NCBI GenBank assembly: GCA_902405995.1
Contig: CABPCG010000005.1
Coordinates: forward strand, 7,116 to 71,115
DNA length: 64,000 nucleotides
Direction of reading: 5' to 3'
Source: an uncultured Collinsella sp.
GTDB taxonomy: Bacteria > Actinomycetota > Coriobacteriia > Coriobacteriales > Coriobacteriaceae
This document shows positions 49,227 to 58,478 of the stretch, piece after piece. How positions within the stretch are numbered: the stretch's first letter is position 1; every line of letters starts with the position of its first letter. Below the pieces are notes generated by a model that made no database searches, was not told the origin of the DNA, and saw only the letters and a program-made list of their open reading frames with translations. Both the position numbers and the translations under genes were made by a program.

Positions 49227-49312
49227 GTGCCCTCCTTTGTTAGACATGGCTTACAGTTAAATCTTATGCCAAACGCCTGCTCTTATACCCACGCGCCGGC
49301 AAATAACACAGG

Positions 49313-49654
49313 CTACTCCCAGGCTCCCCACACATCGGGGCAATAACCGACGGTGGCCTTCTTGCCGTTGCGCACGATGGGCTCGGCCAGAACCTGCTGG
49401 TTCTCGAGCAGCTTATCAAAGCGCTGGCTGGGGGTGAGGTGCTGGATGAGTGCGAGCGTCTCCTCGTCCTTGGCTTTGGGGTTGAGCAGCTTGTCGATGC
49501 CGCCGACCGCCTGCATCACGCTCGTGAGCTCGCCCTTGCTCATCTCCTTTTCCTTAAGGTCGATAAACTGCACCTTAATGCGGCGCTCCTTAAAATAACG
49601 CTGGGCCTTCTTGGTATCGAAGGACTTCTTAGTCCCGAAAATTTGAATATTCAT
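49313..49654 (-). CDS. ArsC/Spx-family protein (YffB-like arsenate reductase fold)
   Basis: MNIQIFGTKKSFDTKKAQRYF thioredoxin-like N-terminus characteristic of ArsC/YffB family; 113 aa. Confidence 0.65.
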   Translation of the reverse strand: MNIQIFGTKKSFDTKKAQRYFKERRIKVQFIDLKEKEMSKGELTSVMQAVGGIDKLLNPKAKDEETLALIQHLTPSQRFDKLLENQQVLAEPIVRNGKKATVGYCPDVWGAWE

Positions 49655-49839
49655 GTATTTGTTCCGCCGTTCTAACGAACGGCGGTCACATCGACGCTGC
49701 AAAGCCATCTGATGGGCAATCTGCCTTTCAATCGTCGGGCGCGGGCAAAAGCCCAGCGCCCTCCTCTTTCAAGGCACCTTGCCTCATCAGCTGGCTTTTC
49801 GCTGACATTGATAGAGCATCGAGGTGACCACCGCTGGAC

Positions 49840-50466
49840 TTATCGAATAAAGTTGGTGCGCGCGCGATCTGCCTCGGGCGCATTGATGCCGGCGGCCTTG
49901 CCTGCCTCGATACAGCGCAGGAGCCAGGCCATGTTTTTGCCGATGTTTCGCATGGTGGCAAGGCCTTCGGCGTCCTGGGCGGCCTCGCCCGGCATGGCGC
50001 CAAAGACGTTGTTCCAATAGGTGGAGGCGACCACGGGCATCTGGTTGATGGTGAAGTATTTATTGAGTACATCGAAGGTGGTCGACGTGCCGCCACGGCG
50101 GGCAACGGCGACCGCGGCGCCCGGCTTGTGCGCAAAGGCCTTGCTGCCAGCATAGAAGGCGCGGTCGAGGGCCGAGAGGATGCGGCCACTGGGATGCGCG
50201 TAGTAGACGGGTGAGCCAAAGACAAAGCCGTCGGCCTGTTCGGCGGCGGCGATGAGCTCGTTCACCACGTCGTCATCAAAGGTGCAGCGGCAATCGAGCT
50301 TGCCGCACTGGCCACAGCCAATGCAGTCGCGAATGGGCTTGGCGCCCAGCTGGAACACCTCGGTATCGATGCCCTCGGCATGCAATTGCTCGGCGACCTC
50401 GGCGAGCGCGCGGGCGGTGTTGCCGTTTGCCTTGGAGCTGCCATTGACCAAAAGAACCTTCATCAC
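49840..50466 (-). CDS. NAD(P)H-dependent FMN reductase / iron-sulfur flavoprotein (flavodoxin-like fold)
   Basis: VLLVNGSSKANGNT flavodoxin-like start and Cys cluster CIGCGQC. Confidence 0.7.
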   Translation of the reverse strand: MMKVLLVNGSSKANGNTARALAEVAEQLHAEGIDTEVFQLGAKPIRDCIGCGQCGKLDCRCTFDDDVVNELIAAAEQADGFVFGSPVYYAHPSGRILSALDRAFYAGSKAFAHKPGAAVAVARRGGTSTTFDVLNKYFTINQMPVVASTYWNNVFGAMPGEAAQDAEGLATMRNIGKNMAWLLRCIEAGKAAGINAPEADRARTNFIR

Positions 50467-50573
50467 AAACTCCCTCTGCTGTTGGTGACTTCTGCAGAGG
50501 ATTATCGCACGATGGGGGAGGCGGTGCGGGCGCGATGCGAAACGGCTTGTGTTTCACATCGCGCCCCACGACG

Positions 50574-52103
50574 CTAGTCCAGTTTGGTGCCCGGTACCTG
50601 CGGCGCTTCTTCAAGTAGCGCTTTGAGCTCATTCAGAATGGAAACGGGCTGTCGGTCGACGGCGTCCAGATGAAGCGTGGCCACACGAAGGGGCGGCTGA
50701 TATTCAAATGAGCCAAAGAGCACGGGAGAGCCCAGGAACCGCTCGATTTCCTCTGCGATCGCGTCGATCTCTTCGGGATCGAATTCGTCGAAAAGCGCCA
50801 CGAACATCGGTCCCGTCGAACGGAACAGACGACCCTTGCCGCGCGAACAATCCATGAGGCAGGCGGCGCTTTCCGCCAAAACGCGATCGCCCGCATCAAA
50901 GCCAAAGCGGGTATTGACCTGAGCGATATCGTCGATTTTAATGGCGACCATGCTCGCCTTGCGCGCCACGCGACGCATCTCGCCAATGGCGTTGACCAGG
51001 GCGTGAATATCGCCCAGACCGGTCACGGAATCGGTCGTATCTGCCAGGCTTCGGTTGATGATAATGCCCACGTACATGTTAGGCTCGGTATCGGTGCCGT
51101 CCAAGCGGTAGCCCGTGCAGTCGCAAAGCGCGTACGCTCCGGTAGCATCCATCACGCGATACTGCATGTAATGGAAGTGCCACGCGCCGTTTACCACCAT
51201 ATCGAGCTCGCTGCGCACGTTGTCGCGGTCTTCGGGGTGAACGCGGGCAAGCCACATATCGAGTGAGTTGTAGGGATGCTGGGAGGGTAGGTCGAAATCG
51301 CGCACGGCATTAATCGACCATTGCGATTCGCCGGTATCGAGGTTAAGGATAAACGGATAGCGTGTCTCGGAGCTCATGGAGATCGCCTGGAACACGCGGT
51401 CGTTGCAAGGAAGTTGATCGGCAATCGGCCGCATCGGCGCGTTGTCTTCTTTCGGTTGCTGCACGCGGTGCATGAGCTTGTAGCGATACATTTTGCGATC
51501 GGCATCCATCGTCATCTGGCGACGCGTATCGCCTGCAAGCGGGTCGACGTGCGAGCAGCCAAAACTAAAACTGGCGATCATGGGCGCCTTGCCGTCCGAT
51601 GTTGCCTCGACAAGATCGGTGCGTGTCCGCTCCAAGCGCTGCTCGAGCTCGGCTTCGCCTGTCGTGGGGGACACGAGTACAAATTCATCTCCACCGATAC
51701 GGAACAGCATTTCATCGTGCTCCATGGTCTCGGTGAGCGCACGACAGATGCCCAGAATATAGCGGTTGCCCTCGGCGTGGCCAAACTTATCGTTGCAGTG
51801 CTTGAGGTGATCGATGTCAATATAGGCGCAGGTGAAGGGGGCGCCTTTGCGCCAGAGCTGATTGACATGGCGGTCGAGTCCACCGCGGTTGCCAAGATTG
51901 GTGAGCGAATCGATATAGGCGCTACGTTCGAGCAGCTGGCGTTCTTGTTGCAAGACGGCGAGCGTTTTCTGCAGTTGCTCGCCGACGGCGCGCAACTCCG
52001 TGGGCAGCGCGTCAACGTCGAGCTCGGCGGTTGAGGCCCCGTTCGCAAGCCGCTGAAGATGGGCAATGATTGACTGCTCGCCCATGCGATACGACTCGTT
52101 CAT
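50574..52103 (-). CDS. Diguanylate cyclase: N-terminal active GGDEF domain, PAS domain, C-terminal degenerate GGDEF-like domain
   Basis: RIGGDEF active motif with upstream I-site-like region; PAS-like middle; second domain lacks GGDEF. Confidence 0.75.
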   Translation of the reverse strand: MNESYRMGEQSIIAHLQRLANGASTAELDVDALPTELRAVGEQLQKTLAVLQQERQLLERSAYIDSLTNLGNRGGLDRHVNQLWRKGAPFTCAYIDIDHLKHCNDKFGHAEGNRYILGICRALTETMEHDEMLFRIGGDEFVLVSPTTGEAELEQRLERTRTDLVEATSDGKAPMIASFSFGCSHVDPLAGDTRRQMTMDADRKMYRYKLMHRVQQPKEDNAPMRPIADQLPCNDRVFQAISMSSETRYPFILNLDTGESQWSINAVRDFDLPSQHPYNSLDMWLARVHPEDRDNVRSELDMVVNGAWHFHYMQYRVMDATGAYALCDCTGYRLDGTDTEPNMYVGIIINRSLADTTDSVTGLGDIHALVNAIGEMRRVARKASMVAIKIDDIAQVNTRFGFDAGDRVLAESAACLMDCSRGKGRLFRSTGPMFVALFDEFDPEEIDAIAEEIERFLGSPVLFGSFEYQPPLRVATLHLDAVDRQPVSILNELKALLEEAPQVPGTKLD

Positions 52104-52230
52104 GATGGATAACCTCCTTGGGTGACAGGATGCTCCGTATCATATCCCCAATTCGGTTTGAATTGGGGATATGAGTTAGCCAATGGGGACAAATGCTCCC
52201 CTAGACGGTGGTGTTTTGCGCGCGAGCGTA

Positions 52231-54948
52231 TCAGTTGTTATTGCCACCATCGAACAATGCCTCAAAATCCTTCGCCGGCATGGGGCGGTAGTAGAGGAAG
52301 CCCTGAGCGTAGCGGGCGCCCATCTGTCGTAGCATGTTCGCCTGCTCATTTGTCTCGACGCCTTCGACCACGACGGGCAGATGGAGCGACTGCGCCATCT
52401 CGAGCATAGACGACACGATCTGGGAGCTCCGGTTGTCGGTTTTCCCATCAGGCAAAAAGGTGCGGTCGAGCTTGATAACATCGACGTTGACGTTCTTGAG
52501 CATCGCGAGCGTGGACTGGCCGGTGCCAAAATCGTCCATATAGGTCGAGAAGCCGCGGGTGTGCAGGTCGGCTGTCAGTTTGTCCACGGCTTCGGACTCC
52601 CCCGTATAAGCCGTCTCGGTGATCTCGATACGCATGAGCTCGGGCGGTAGGTTGTATTGGGCGGCGAGCGCCCCCATATGTTCGGCAACGTCGCAGGCAA
52701 GGATATCCACGCGCGACACATTAAGCGAGACCGGAACCACGCGAAGTCCTCGATCGATGCGCTTGCGCAGCCACGAGGCGACACCCTGCCAAATGTACTT
52801 GTCGAGCGTCACCACAAAGCCGCTTTCCTCGAGCGCCGGGATAAAGGACGCGGGCGGAATTAACGATCCATCTTTGTCGATCCAGCGTGTGAGCGCCTCG
52901 GCGCCAATGATCTCGCCGGTTTCCATATCAACCAGTGGCTGCAGGTAGTAGGTGATGCGGTCGTTTGAGAGCGCATACTGGAACTCGGTGAGGGTGCGGT
53001 GAAACGCAACCTCGCGCTTGTATTCCTCGGGGCGAAAGACGGCAATGCGATCCTTAAAGTCGTTTTTCGCGCGCCGATTGGTAAACATGGCCTTGGCCTG
53101 TGCATCGATGGTGATTTCCTCGTTGGAGTCGATGGGGTAGACACCCATGGACGGCCAGAAACCTACGCCGTTATCATGCTTGGCCACGGCCTCGCGAACG
53201 CGGTTATAGATTTTATGGACGGTGTCGTGCTCAAAGGGGATGAGTACGCAAAAGTCATCTTGGCCCCAGTACCCTGCGACGCCCATGTCGGCATTCTCGA
53301 TGTCCTTGAGGACCGTGCCCACATCGGCGAGCATGCGGTCGCCCTCGGCCTGTCCGTGCCATTCGTTGAACAGCCGCATGTGTCCCATGTCGACGGTAGT
53401 GATACACCAAGCGCCGTCGCGCCCTGTCCTCAGAAATGCGTTGGCACGCCGCATAAACTCGCTGGGTCGATAGAGGCCCGTGAGCGTATCGATGCGTTCG
53501 GCGACGGCGCTTTTGCGCTCAATCTCAGGTATGGGGAGGCTGTCGTTGGGAACAAGCCCGCCGGCCGCACGAAGACGACGGTCGAGCTCGCCTAAAACGG
53601 CGGTCGCTTGATTGATTAAGCGCTCGTAAAAGGCCGGAACGACGAGGCAGACGGGGGTAATGGTATCGCCCGCGATTTGAACAGGAGCGAAAACGGCTTC
53701 TTTAAGATGATGGGTCAGTTGCTCGAATGCCTCGTGGCCCAACTCGTTGCTAAGCACGACGAACTGGGCGTTTCGTGAGCGGAAGACGCGACTCCTGCCG
53801 CGGGTGATCGACAACATGCGGCCTGCGTATTCGGCGAGCATGTTGTCGACAGCCTCGGCCCCATAGAGCTCGTTGAGCTTTGCCGTGCCGCGAACGCGGA
53901 CCGCTATAAGCCCCGTCTCGCAACGGTCGCGACGGCAGGCATCGATAGCGTTGATCAGCATACGCTGCGTTCCGAGGCCCGTAGCGGCGTCGACGGTTTC
54001 GGCAAGCGAGTGGTTGACGAGCTCGCCGACATAGAGCGAGGGGGTATTTCCGTCGCCGTCGATACGAAACCCGCGAGCGCGGCAAAGGACGTAGTCGCCC
54101 GCGGCATTGCGCATGCGGTACTGCATGACGCGGCGGTGTTTGGAGCCGTTGTAGATTTGGTCGATATCGCTGGTATAGGCCTCAAGGTCATTGGGATGGA
54201 CACGCGTTTTCCAGTAATCGTGGCAGTTGTCGATATGCTCGGAAGGAAGACCGAGATCGCGCAAGGCGCCTTGTGACCAAAGGGTGCGATGCTTGTCCAA
54301 GTTCTCGATAAAGCAATAACGGCCTTCGTTGAGCATCGAAAAGGCATCGAAAACGCGGTCGCTTATTTCGAAGTCGTCGGCGTGGACTTGCACGATATTG
54401 CGTCGATCAAGGTGCATGGCATGGCGCAGCTTGTAGTCGTACATGCGATGGTCGGCATCGAGTGTCATGCGATTGGAGGCTTCGCCCAGGGCGGGGTCGG
54501 CGTGTGCCACTCCGTAGCTAAACGAATGAGGCATCTCGGAATCGTTGTTCTTGAGCAGGACCGTTCGGCAGTGTTCCAGACGTTCGGCGAGGTCGTCCTC
54601 GGTCGCAATCGTAGATAGGATGGCAAACTCGTCGCCGCCTATGCGAAACGCCGCCTCGTCCACTTTCATATACAGTTTGAGATAAAGGCTTACCTGCAAG
54701 ATGTAGCGGTTGCCCTCGTCATGCCCAAAGACGTCGTTGCAGTGCTTGAGATTGTCGATATCGATGAACGCCATGGTAACGGGGATGTCCTGCTCCCAGA
54801 GCTCCTCGAGGGAACGGGCAAAGCCGCCGCGGTTGCCAAGTCCGGTAAGCTGGTCGGTAAAGGCGGTCCTAATCAGATCATCCTGACGCTCGAGAAGGTC
54901 ACGGATGGTCTTTTCGAGCGTTTCGGTGTAATTGCTGACAGTATCCAT
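52231..54948 (-). CDS. Multidomain c-di-GMP protein: GGDEF (active) - PAS - degenerate GGDEF - GGDEF-like - EAL phosphodiesterase
   Basis: N-terminal region paralogous to previous gene (RIGGDEF); C-terminal EAL domain with EALTRW, DDFGTG, and conserved catalytic residues. Confidence 0.8.
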   Translation of the reverse strand: MDTVSNYTETLEKTIRDLLERQDDLIRTAFTDQLTGLGNRGGFARSLEELWEQDIPVTMAFIDIDNLKHCNDVFGHDEGNRYILQVSLYLKLYMKVDEAAFRIGGDEFAILSTIATEDDLAERLEHCRTVLLKNNDSEMPHSFSYGVAHADPALGEASNRMTLDADHRMYDYKLRHAMHLDRRNIVQVHADDFEISDRVFDAFSMLNEGRYCFIENLDKHRTLWSQGALRDLGLPSEHIDNCHDYWKTRVHPNDLEAYTSDIDQIYNGSKHRRVMQYRMRNAAGDYVLCRARGFRIDGDGNTPSLYVGELVNHSLAETVDAATGLGTQRMLINAIDACRRDRCETGLIAVRVRGTAKLNELYGAEAVDNMLAEYAGRMLSITRGRSRVFRSRNAQFVVLSNELGHEAFEQLTHHLKEAVFAPVQIAGDTITPVCLVVPAFYERLINQATAVLGELDRRLRAAGGLVPNDSLPIPEIERKSAVAERIDTLTGLYRPSEFMRRANAFLRTGRDGAWCITTVDMGHMRLFNEWHGQAEGDRMLADVGTVLKDIENADMGVAGYWGQDDFCVLIPFEHDTVHKIYNRVREAVAKHDNGVGFWPSMGVYPIDSNEEITIDAQAKAMFTNRRAKNDFKDRIAVFRPEEYKREVAFHRTLTEFQYALSNDRITYYLQPLVDMETGEIIGAEALTRWIDKDGSLIPPASFIPALEESGFVVTLDKYIWQGVASWLRKRIDRGLRVVPVSLNVSRVDILACDVAEHMGALAAQYNLPPELMRIEITETAYTGESEAVDKLTADLHTRGFSTYMDDFGTGQSTLAMLKNVNVDVIKLDRTFLPDGKTDNRSSQIVSSMLEMAQSLHLPVVVEGVETNEQANMLRQMGARYAQGFLYYRPMPAKDFEALFDGGNNN

Positions 54949-55272
54949 GTTCTAAGCGGCTTTCTGAGGTCGGGGCGGATTGCGTCGGGCGAGCTCGTTG
55001 TGTACACGCGTTGCTGCTCAGCGTATTGCGTGTATCCAGGCCTCCGCCTTGCTGCGTTGTTGGGTTACTTTGCCGGCTAATGTTCGCTGTTGATAACTGC
55101 TGAGTAGTATAAACAACAGTACAAAATTATATAGGGGTGCCCATACTATGGGTGACAATTATTTGCCAAGCGGTAACACGACGATGCGATGTTCGATGAA
55201 AATGCGACTGAGACGATATATGTTGACGGGTATACTTGTCCCGTTTAAAAACGCAGAAACGGGGATGATCGC

Positions 55273-56142
55273 ATGACGCAGCCAGATACGACGCGCACGG
55301 TGGGGCTTGCGCTCGAGGGAGGCGGCTACCGCGGTATGTATACGGCGGGCGTGCTCGACGTTTGGATGGAACACGGTTTGACCTGCGACCATATGGTGGG
55401 CGTTTCGGCGGGCGCGGCGTTTGGCTACAACTTTAAATCGCGGCAGATCGGCCGCGCCATTCGCTACAACAAAGCCTATTGTGCCGATAAGCGCTATGCG
55501 AGCGTGACGAGCTGGCTGCGAACCGGCGACATGTTCAATGCCGAGTTTGCCTATCACGAGGTTCCCATCGATCGCGATCCCATCGACCTGGAGGCTTATC
55601 GTGCCTGCCCCATGCGGTTTACCTGCGTGTGCACCGATCTTAAGACGGGGCGGGCCGTCTACCATGACCTGCCTTACGGTGATGAGCATGATATCGAGTG
55701 GATCCGGGCGTCGTCGGCGATTCCCGTGGCAACACGACCCGTTGCCATTGAGGGGCACAAGTACCTGGATGGCGGCGTTGCCGATTCCATTCCCAGCGCA
55801 TGGCTGTTTGCGCAGGGCTATGACCGCAACGTGGTGGTGCTGACGCAGCCGGCGGGCTTTGTAAAGCAGCCCAATAGCGTGATGCCTATGCTGCGTCGCG
55901 TGTATCGTCACTATCCGGAGTTTGTTGCGGCGCTTGAGCACCGGCACGAGGTATATAACGCCACGCTCGACGACCTGGCGCGTCGCGAGGCCGCTGGCGA
56001 GATCTTTGTGGTGCGGCCGAGCGAATCGGTGAAGGTGCCGTCGCTGTGCCGCGAGCCCGAGGAACTCGAACGCATCTATCAGATCGGCCGTCGCGATGCG
56101 GAGGCGTCTTTGTCCGCGCTGGAAACGTATCTGGCGGGGTAG
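55273..56142 (+). CDS. Patatin-like phospholipase
   Basis: GGGYRG oxyanion motif and GVSAG (GxSxG) nucleophile, catalytic Asp region. Confidence 0.8.
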   Translation: MTQPDTTRTVGLALEGGGYRGMYTAGVLDVWMEHGLTCDHMVGVSAGAAFGYNFKSRQIGRAIRYNKAYCADKRYASVTSWLRTGDMFNAEFAYHEVPIDRDPIDLEAYRACPMRFTCVCTDLKTGRAVYHDLPYGDEHDIEWIRASSAIPVATRPVAIEGHKYLDGGVADSIPSAWLFAQGYDRNVVVLTQPAGFVKQPNSVMPMLRRVYRHYPEFVAALEHRHEVYNATLDDLARREAAGEIFVVRPSESVKVPSLCREPEELERIYQIGRRDAEASLSALETYLAG

Positions 56143-56164
56143 GACAAGCTGCCGCGGACTCGGC

Positions 56165-56350
56165 GGAAAGCGCGTCCCAGAATGAGCGCTCAGAACGGGT
56201 TACAGTTTCCCAAACGGTGGGGTTTCGGAAAGTTCGTCCCGGAATATGCGTTCAGACTGGGATGCGGTTTCCCGTTAAGCCTCTATATGGAAAGCGCATC
56301 CCAGAATGGACGTCCAAACTGGGATGCGCTTTCCGCTGTCGAAGGTATGA
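56165..56350. repeat. Three tandem 62-bp direct repeats (conserved approx 47-nt unit starting GGAAAG..CGTCCC.GAAT; third unit is a perfect 16-bp-stem hairpin)
   Basis: Units begin at 56165, 56227, 56289 with exact 62-bp period; located in convergent intergenic region between patatin and thiE. Confidence 0.75.
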
Positions 56351-56378
56351 GGCTGCGGAGCAGCTGCTCGGCATAGGC

Positions 56379-57074
56379 CTATGCCTGCTGCCAGGTATCG
56401 ACGAGCTCCTTGGCCGCGGCGTAGGGGTCGTCGGCGCTGCAGACGGCGCTCACCACAAAGAAGCCGTCGACGCCGGTGGTCTTGAGCTGCGGCAGGTCGG
56501 CCATCTTTACGCCGCCGCCCACCACGATGGGCACGGGGCTTGCCGCGTGGAGTGCGGCCAGGTCCTCAAAGCTTTTGGTGATGATAGAGCCGTCGGCCGC
56601 GCGTCCGCAGTCGCGCTTGGTCTCGGTCTCGTGGAGCGGGCCGATGCCCAGGTAGTCGACTAGGCTCATGTCGGCGGTCTTGACGTACTCGAGCATCTCC
56701 TCGCAACGGGCCGAAAGGCCCACGATGGCATCGGGGCCCAAAAGTTTGCGGCAGACCTCGACGGGAATATCGCTCTGGCCCACGTGCACGCCGTCGACAG
56801 CAATGCCCTGCTCGCGCGCGGCGAGTACGCAGTCCAGGCGGTCGTCGATCAGCAAAGCGACCTGACCGGTCTTGCCAGCCTGTGCGATTGCCTGCGCGGC
56901 GTCGCCGGTCAGCGCGATGATCTCGCGGGCGCTTGCCACCTTGGAGCGCACCTGGATGCAGGTAAAGCCGGCATCGAGTGCCTGGGCCACCACATCGCCC
57001 ACGGGGCGCCCGAGCGTGTTTTCGGGGCCGAGTACCAGATAGGCCGAGATATCAAGGTTGTCGCGGATGCTCAT
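56379..57074 (-). CDS. thiE: Thiamine-phosphate synthase
   Basis: ThiE TIM-barrel motifs (YLVLGPE, IQVRSK, GVHVGQSD, VVGGGV). Confidence 0.85.
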   Translation of the reverse strand: MSIRDNLDISAYLVLGPENTLGRPVGDVVAQALDAGFTCIQVRSKVASAREIIALTGDAAQAIAQAGKTGQVALLIDDRLDCVLAAREQGIAVDGVHVGQSDIPVEVCRKLLGPDAIVGLSARCEEMLEYVKTADMSLVDYLGIGPLHETETKRDCGRAADGSIITKSFEDLAALHAASPVPIVVGGGVKMADLPQLKTTGVDGFFVVSAVCSADDPYAAAKELVDTWQQA

Positions 57075-57412
57075 CGTGCTTCCTCCTGCTTTTTGATCTG
57101 CGCTTCCATGCGCTCGAGTTTGCCGGTCATGGTGTCGGTAAATCCAGGTCGAATATCGGCTTTGAGCACGACTTCGGTTCGGATGCCCTTGTTCGCTAAC
57201 ACAAAGGTCGCGTCGCGCACGACCTGCATGACCTCGTCCCAGTCGCCCTCGATCTCGGTGAACATCGAGGTGGTGCGGTTGGGAAGGCCGCTCTCGCGAA
57301 TGACACGCACGACCTCGGCGACCTCGGCGGACAGCTCATCGCCGGTACCGCATGGGGCGATGGCCACGGCGACGAGTGTGTTCATGCCGGCATCGGTTGC
57401 GGGCTCGGACAT
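57071..57412 (-). CDS. MTH1187/YkoF-family thiamine-binding protein
   Basis: Approx 110-aa ferredoxin-like fold protein overlapping thiE start and thiM stop by 4 nt; family association from established thiamine operons. Confidence 0.55.
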   Translation of the reverse strand: MSEPATDAGMNTLVAVAIAPCGTGDELSAEVAEVVRVIRESGLPNRTTSMFTEIEGDWDEVMQVVRDATFVLANKGIRTEVVLKADIRPGFTDTMTGKLERMEAQIKKQEEAR

Positions 57413-57415
57413 GGC

Positions 57416-58255
57416 TTATGCCTCCTCGAGCTCGAGTCGGTTATCGGCAATGTCCTGGGCGGTCGCGCGGTAGAGCTCGTCGATAAAGGCGACCTTAAAG
57501 CTTGCCGGGGCATCGGCGACGGCGGCGGCACGCGTGCCGGCAACGTTGTAGACGGCGGTGCCGCAGACGGCTGCCGTAAACGGGTCGGCGGCGCAGGCGT
57601 ACACGGCCAGCACGCCGCCCTGCGAGCAGCCGCAGCCGGTGATCTTGGACATGAGCGGGCTGCCGCCGTGGGACTTGGCCACGGTCGTGCCGTCGGTAAT
57701 CAGGTCGACTTCGCCCGAGACCACTACGGCGCCGCCGGTGTAGCGGGCGAGCGCCACGGCGGCATCGCGGGCGGCGTCGACCGTGTCGGTGGTGTCGACG
57801 CCGCGCACGCGGCTCAGATCAGCCGCCTCGCCCTCAAGACCCCACAGGCCGGCGAGCGCGATGATCTCGGAGGCATTGCCGCGCACGATGGCGGGCTTGT
57901 ACTGCTTGAGCTCGTTTACCAGCTGGGTGCGCAGGCTACCGATGCCCAGACCAACCGGATCGAGCACCCAGGGCTTGCCGGCGTCGTGTGCCGCCTTGGC
58001 CGCGCGGGGAATCGTCTGCTCGTAGATGGGAAAGAGCGTGCCCATATTGAGATAGATGGCGCCGCCGCCGGCAACGAGTGCCTCGCCCTCGTCGGGCAGA
58101 TAGACCATGGCGGCCGATCCGCCCACGGCGAGCTGTGCGTTGGCGACAAAGTCGATCGTCACCGTGTTGGTGATGGAGCCCGCCATCGGATTGGTGGCGC
58201 GAATCTCCCCCACGGCCTTGATCACGTTTTGCTTAAGCTGCTCCGAATCGATCAC
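57416..58255 (-). CDS. thiM: Hydroxyethylthiazole kinase
   Basis: ThiM motifs (TNTVTIDFVANAQLAVGGSAAM); GTG start with AAGGAGG RBS downstream of TPP riboswitch. Confidence 0.8.
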   Translation of the reverse strand: MIDSEQLKQNVIKAVGEIRATNPMAGSITNTVTIDFVANAQLAVGGSAAMVYLPDEGEALVAGGGAIYLNMGTLFPIYEQTIPRAAKAAHDAGKPWVLDPVGLGIGSLRTQLVNELKQYKPAIVRGNASEIIALAGLWGLEGEAADLSRVRGVDTTDTVDAARDAAVALARYTGGAVVVSGEVDLITDGTTVAKSHGGSPLMSKITGCGCSQGGVLAVYACAADPFTAAVCGTAVYNVAGTRAAAVADAPASFKVAFIDELYRATAQDIADNRLELEEA

Positions 58256-58274
58256 TGCACATGCCTCCTTGGCA

Positions 58275-58308
58275 TAGAAAAGGGGCGCTGTGCATAGACA
58301 GCGCCCCT
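58275..58308 (-). terminator. Riboswitch expression-platform terminator (GGGGCGCUGU-CUAUGC-ACAGCGCCCC + UUUUCUAU)
   Basis: Perfect 10-bp GC stem followed by U-run on minus strand between TPP aptamer and thiM RBS. Confidence 0.7.
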
Positions 58309-58321
58309 AAAAAGGCGGCAT

Positions 58322-58412
58322 GCTCCCTACGCCAGCATTAACTGACAGGTTCAAAGGATTGGGCCCCATGCCCTCTCAGCCTTGTGGTTTGCACCGCCGG
58401 CACTCCCGCATC
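58322..58412 (-). ncRNA. TPP (THI-box) riboswitch aptamer
   Basis: Minus-strand sequence GGAGUGCC...GCUGAGAGG...CCUUUGAACCUGUCAGUUAAUGCUGGCGUAGGGA matches THI-element consensus (CUGAGA, ACCUGAUC-like, GCGUAGGGA). Confidence 0.85.
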
Positions 58413-58478
58413 GAATCTGTTGTTCCCTATACTAGCGCATCGGTACAATGGTTACGATGAAAACGACTGGGGGACCCT

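Noticed and set aside
56165-56350. Possible mini CRISPR array
   Set aside because: Only three units, the repeats are degenerate (about 75% identity), there is no repeat or spacer partition, and no cas genes are nearby.
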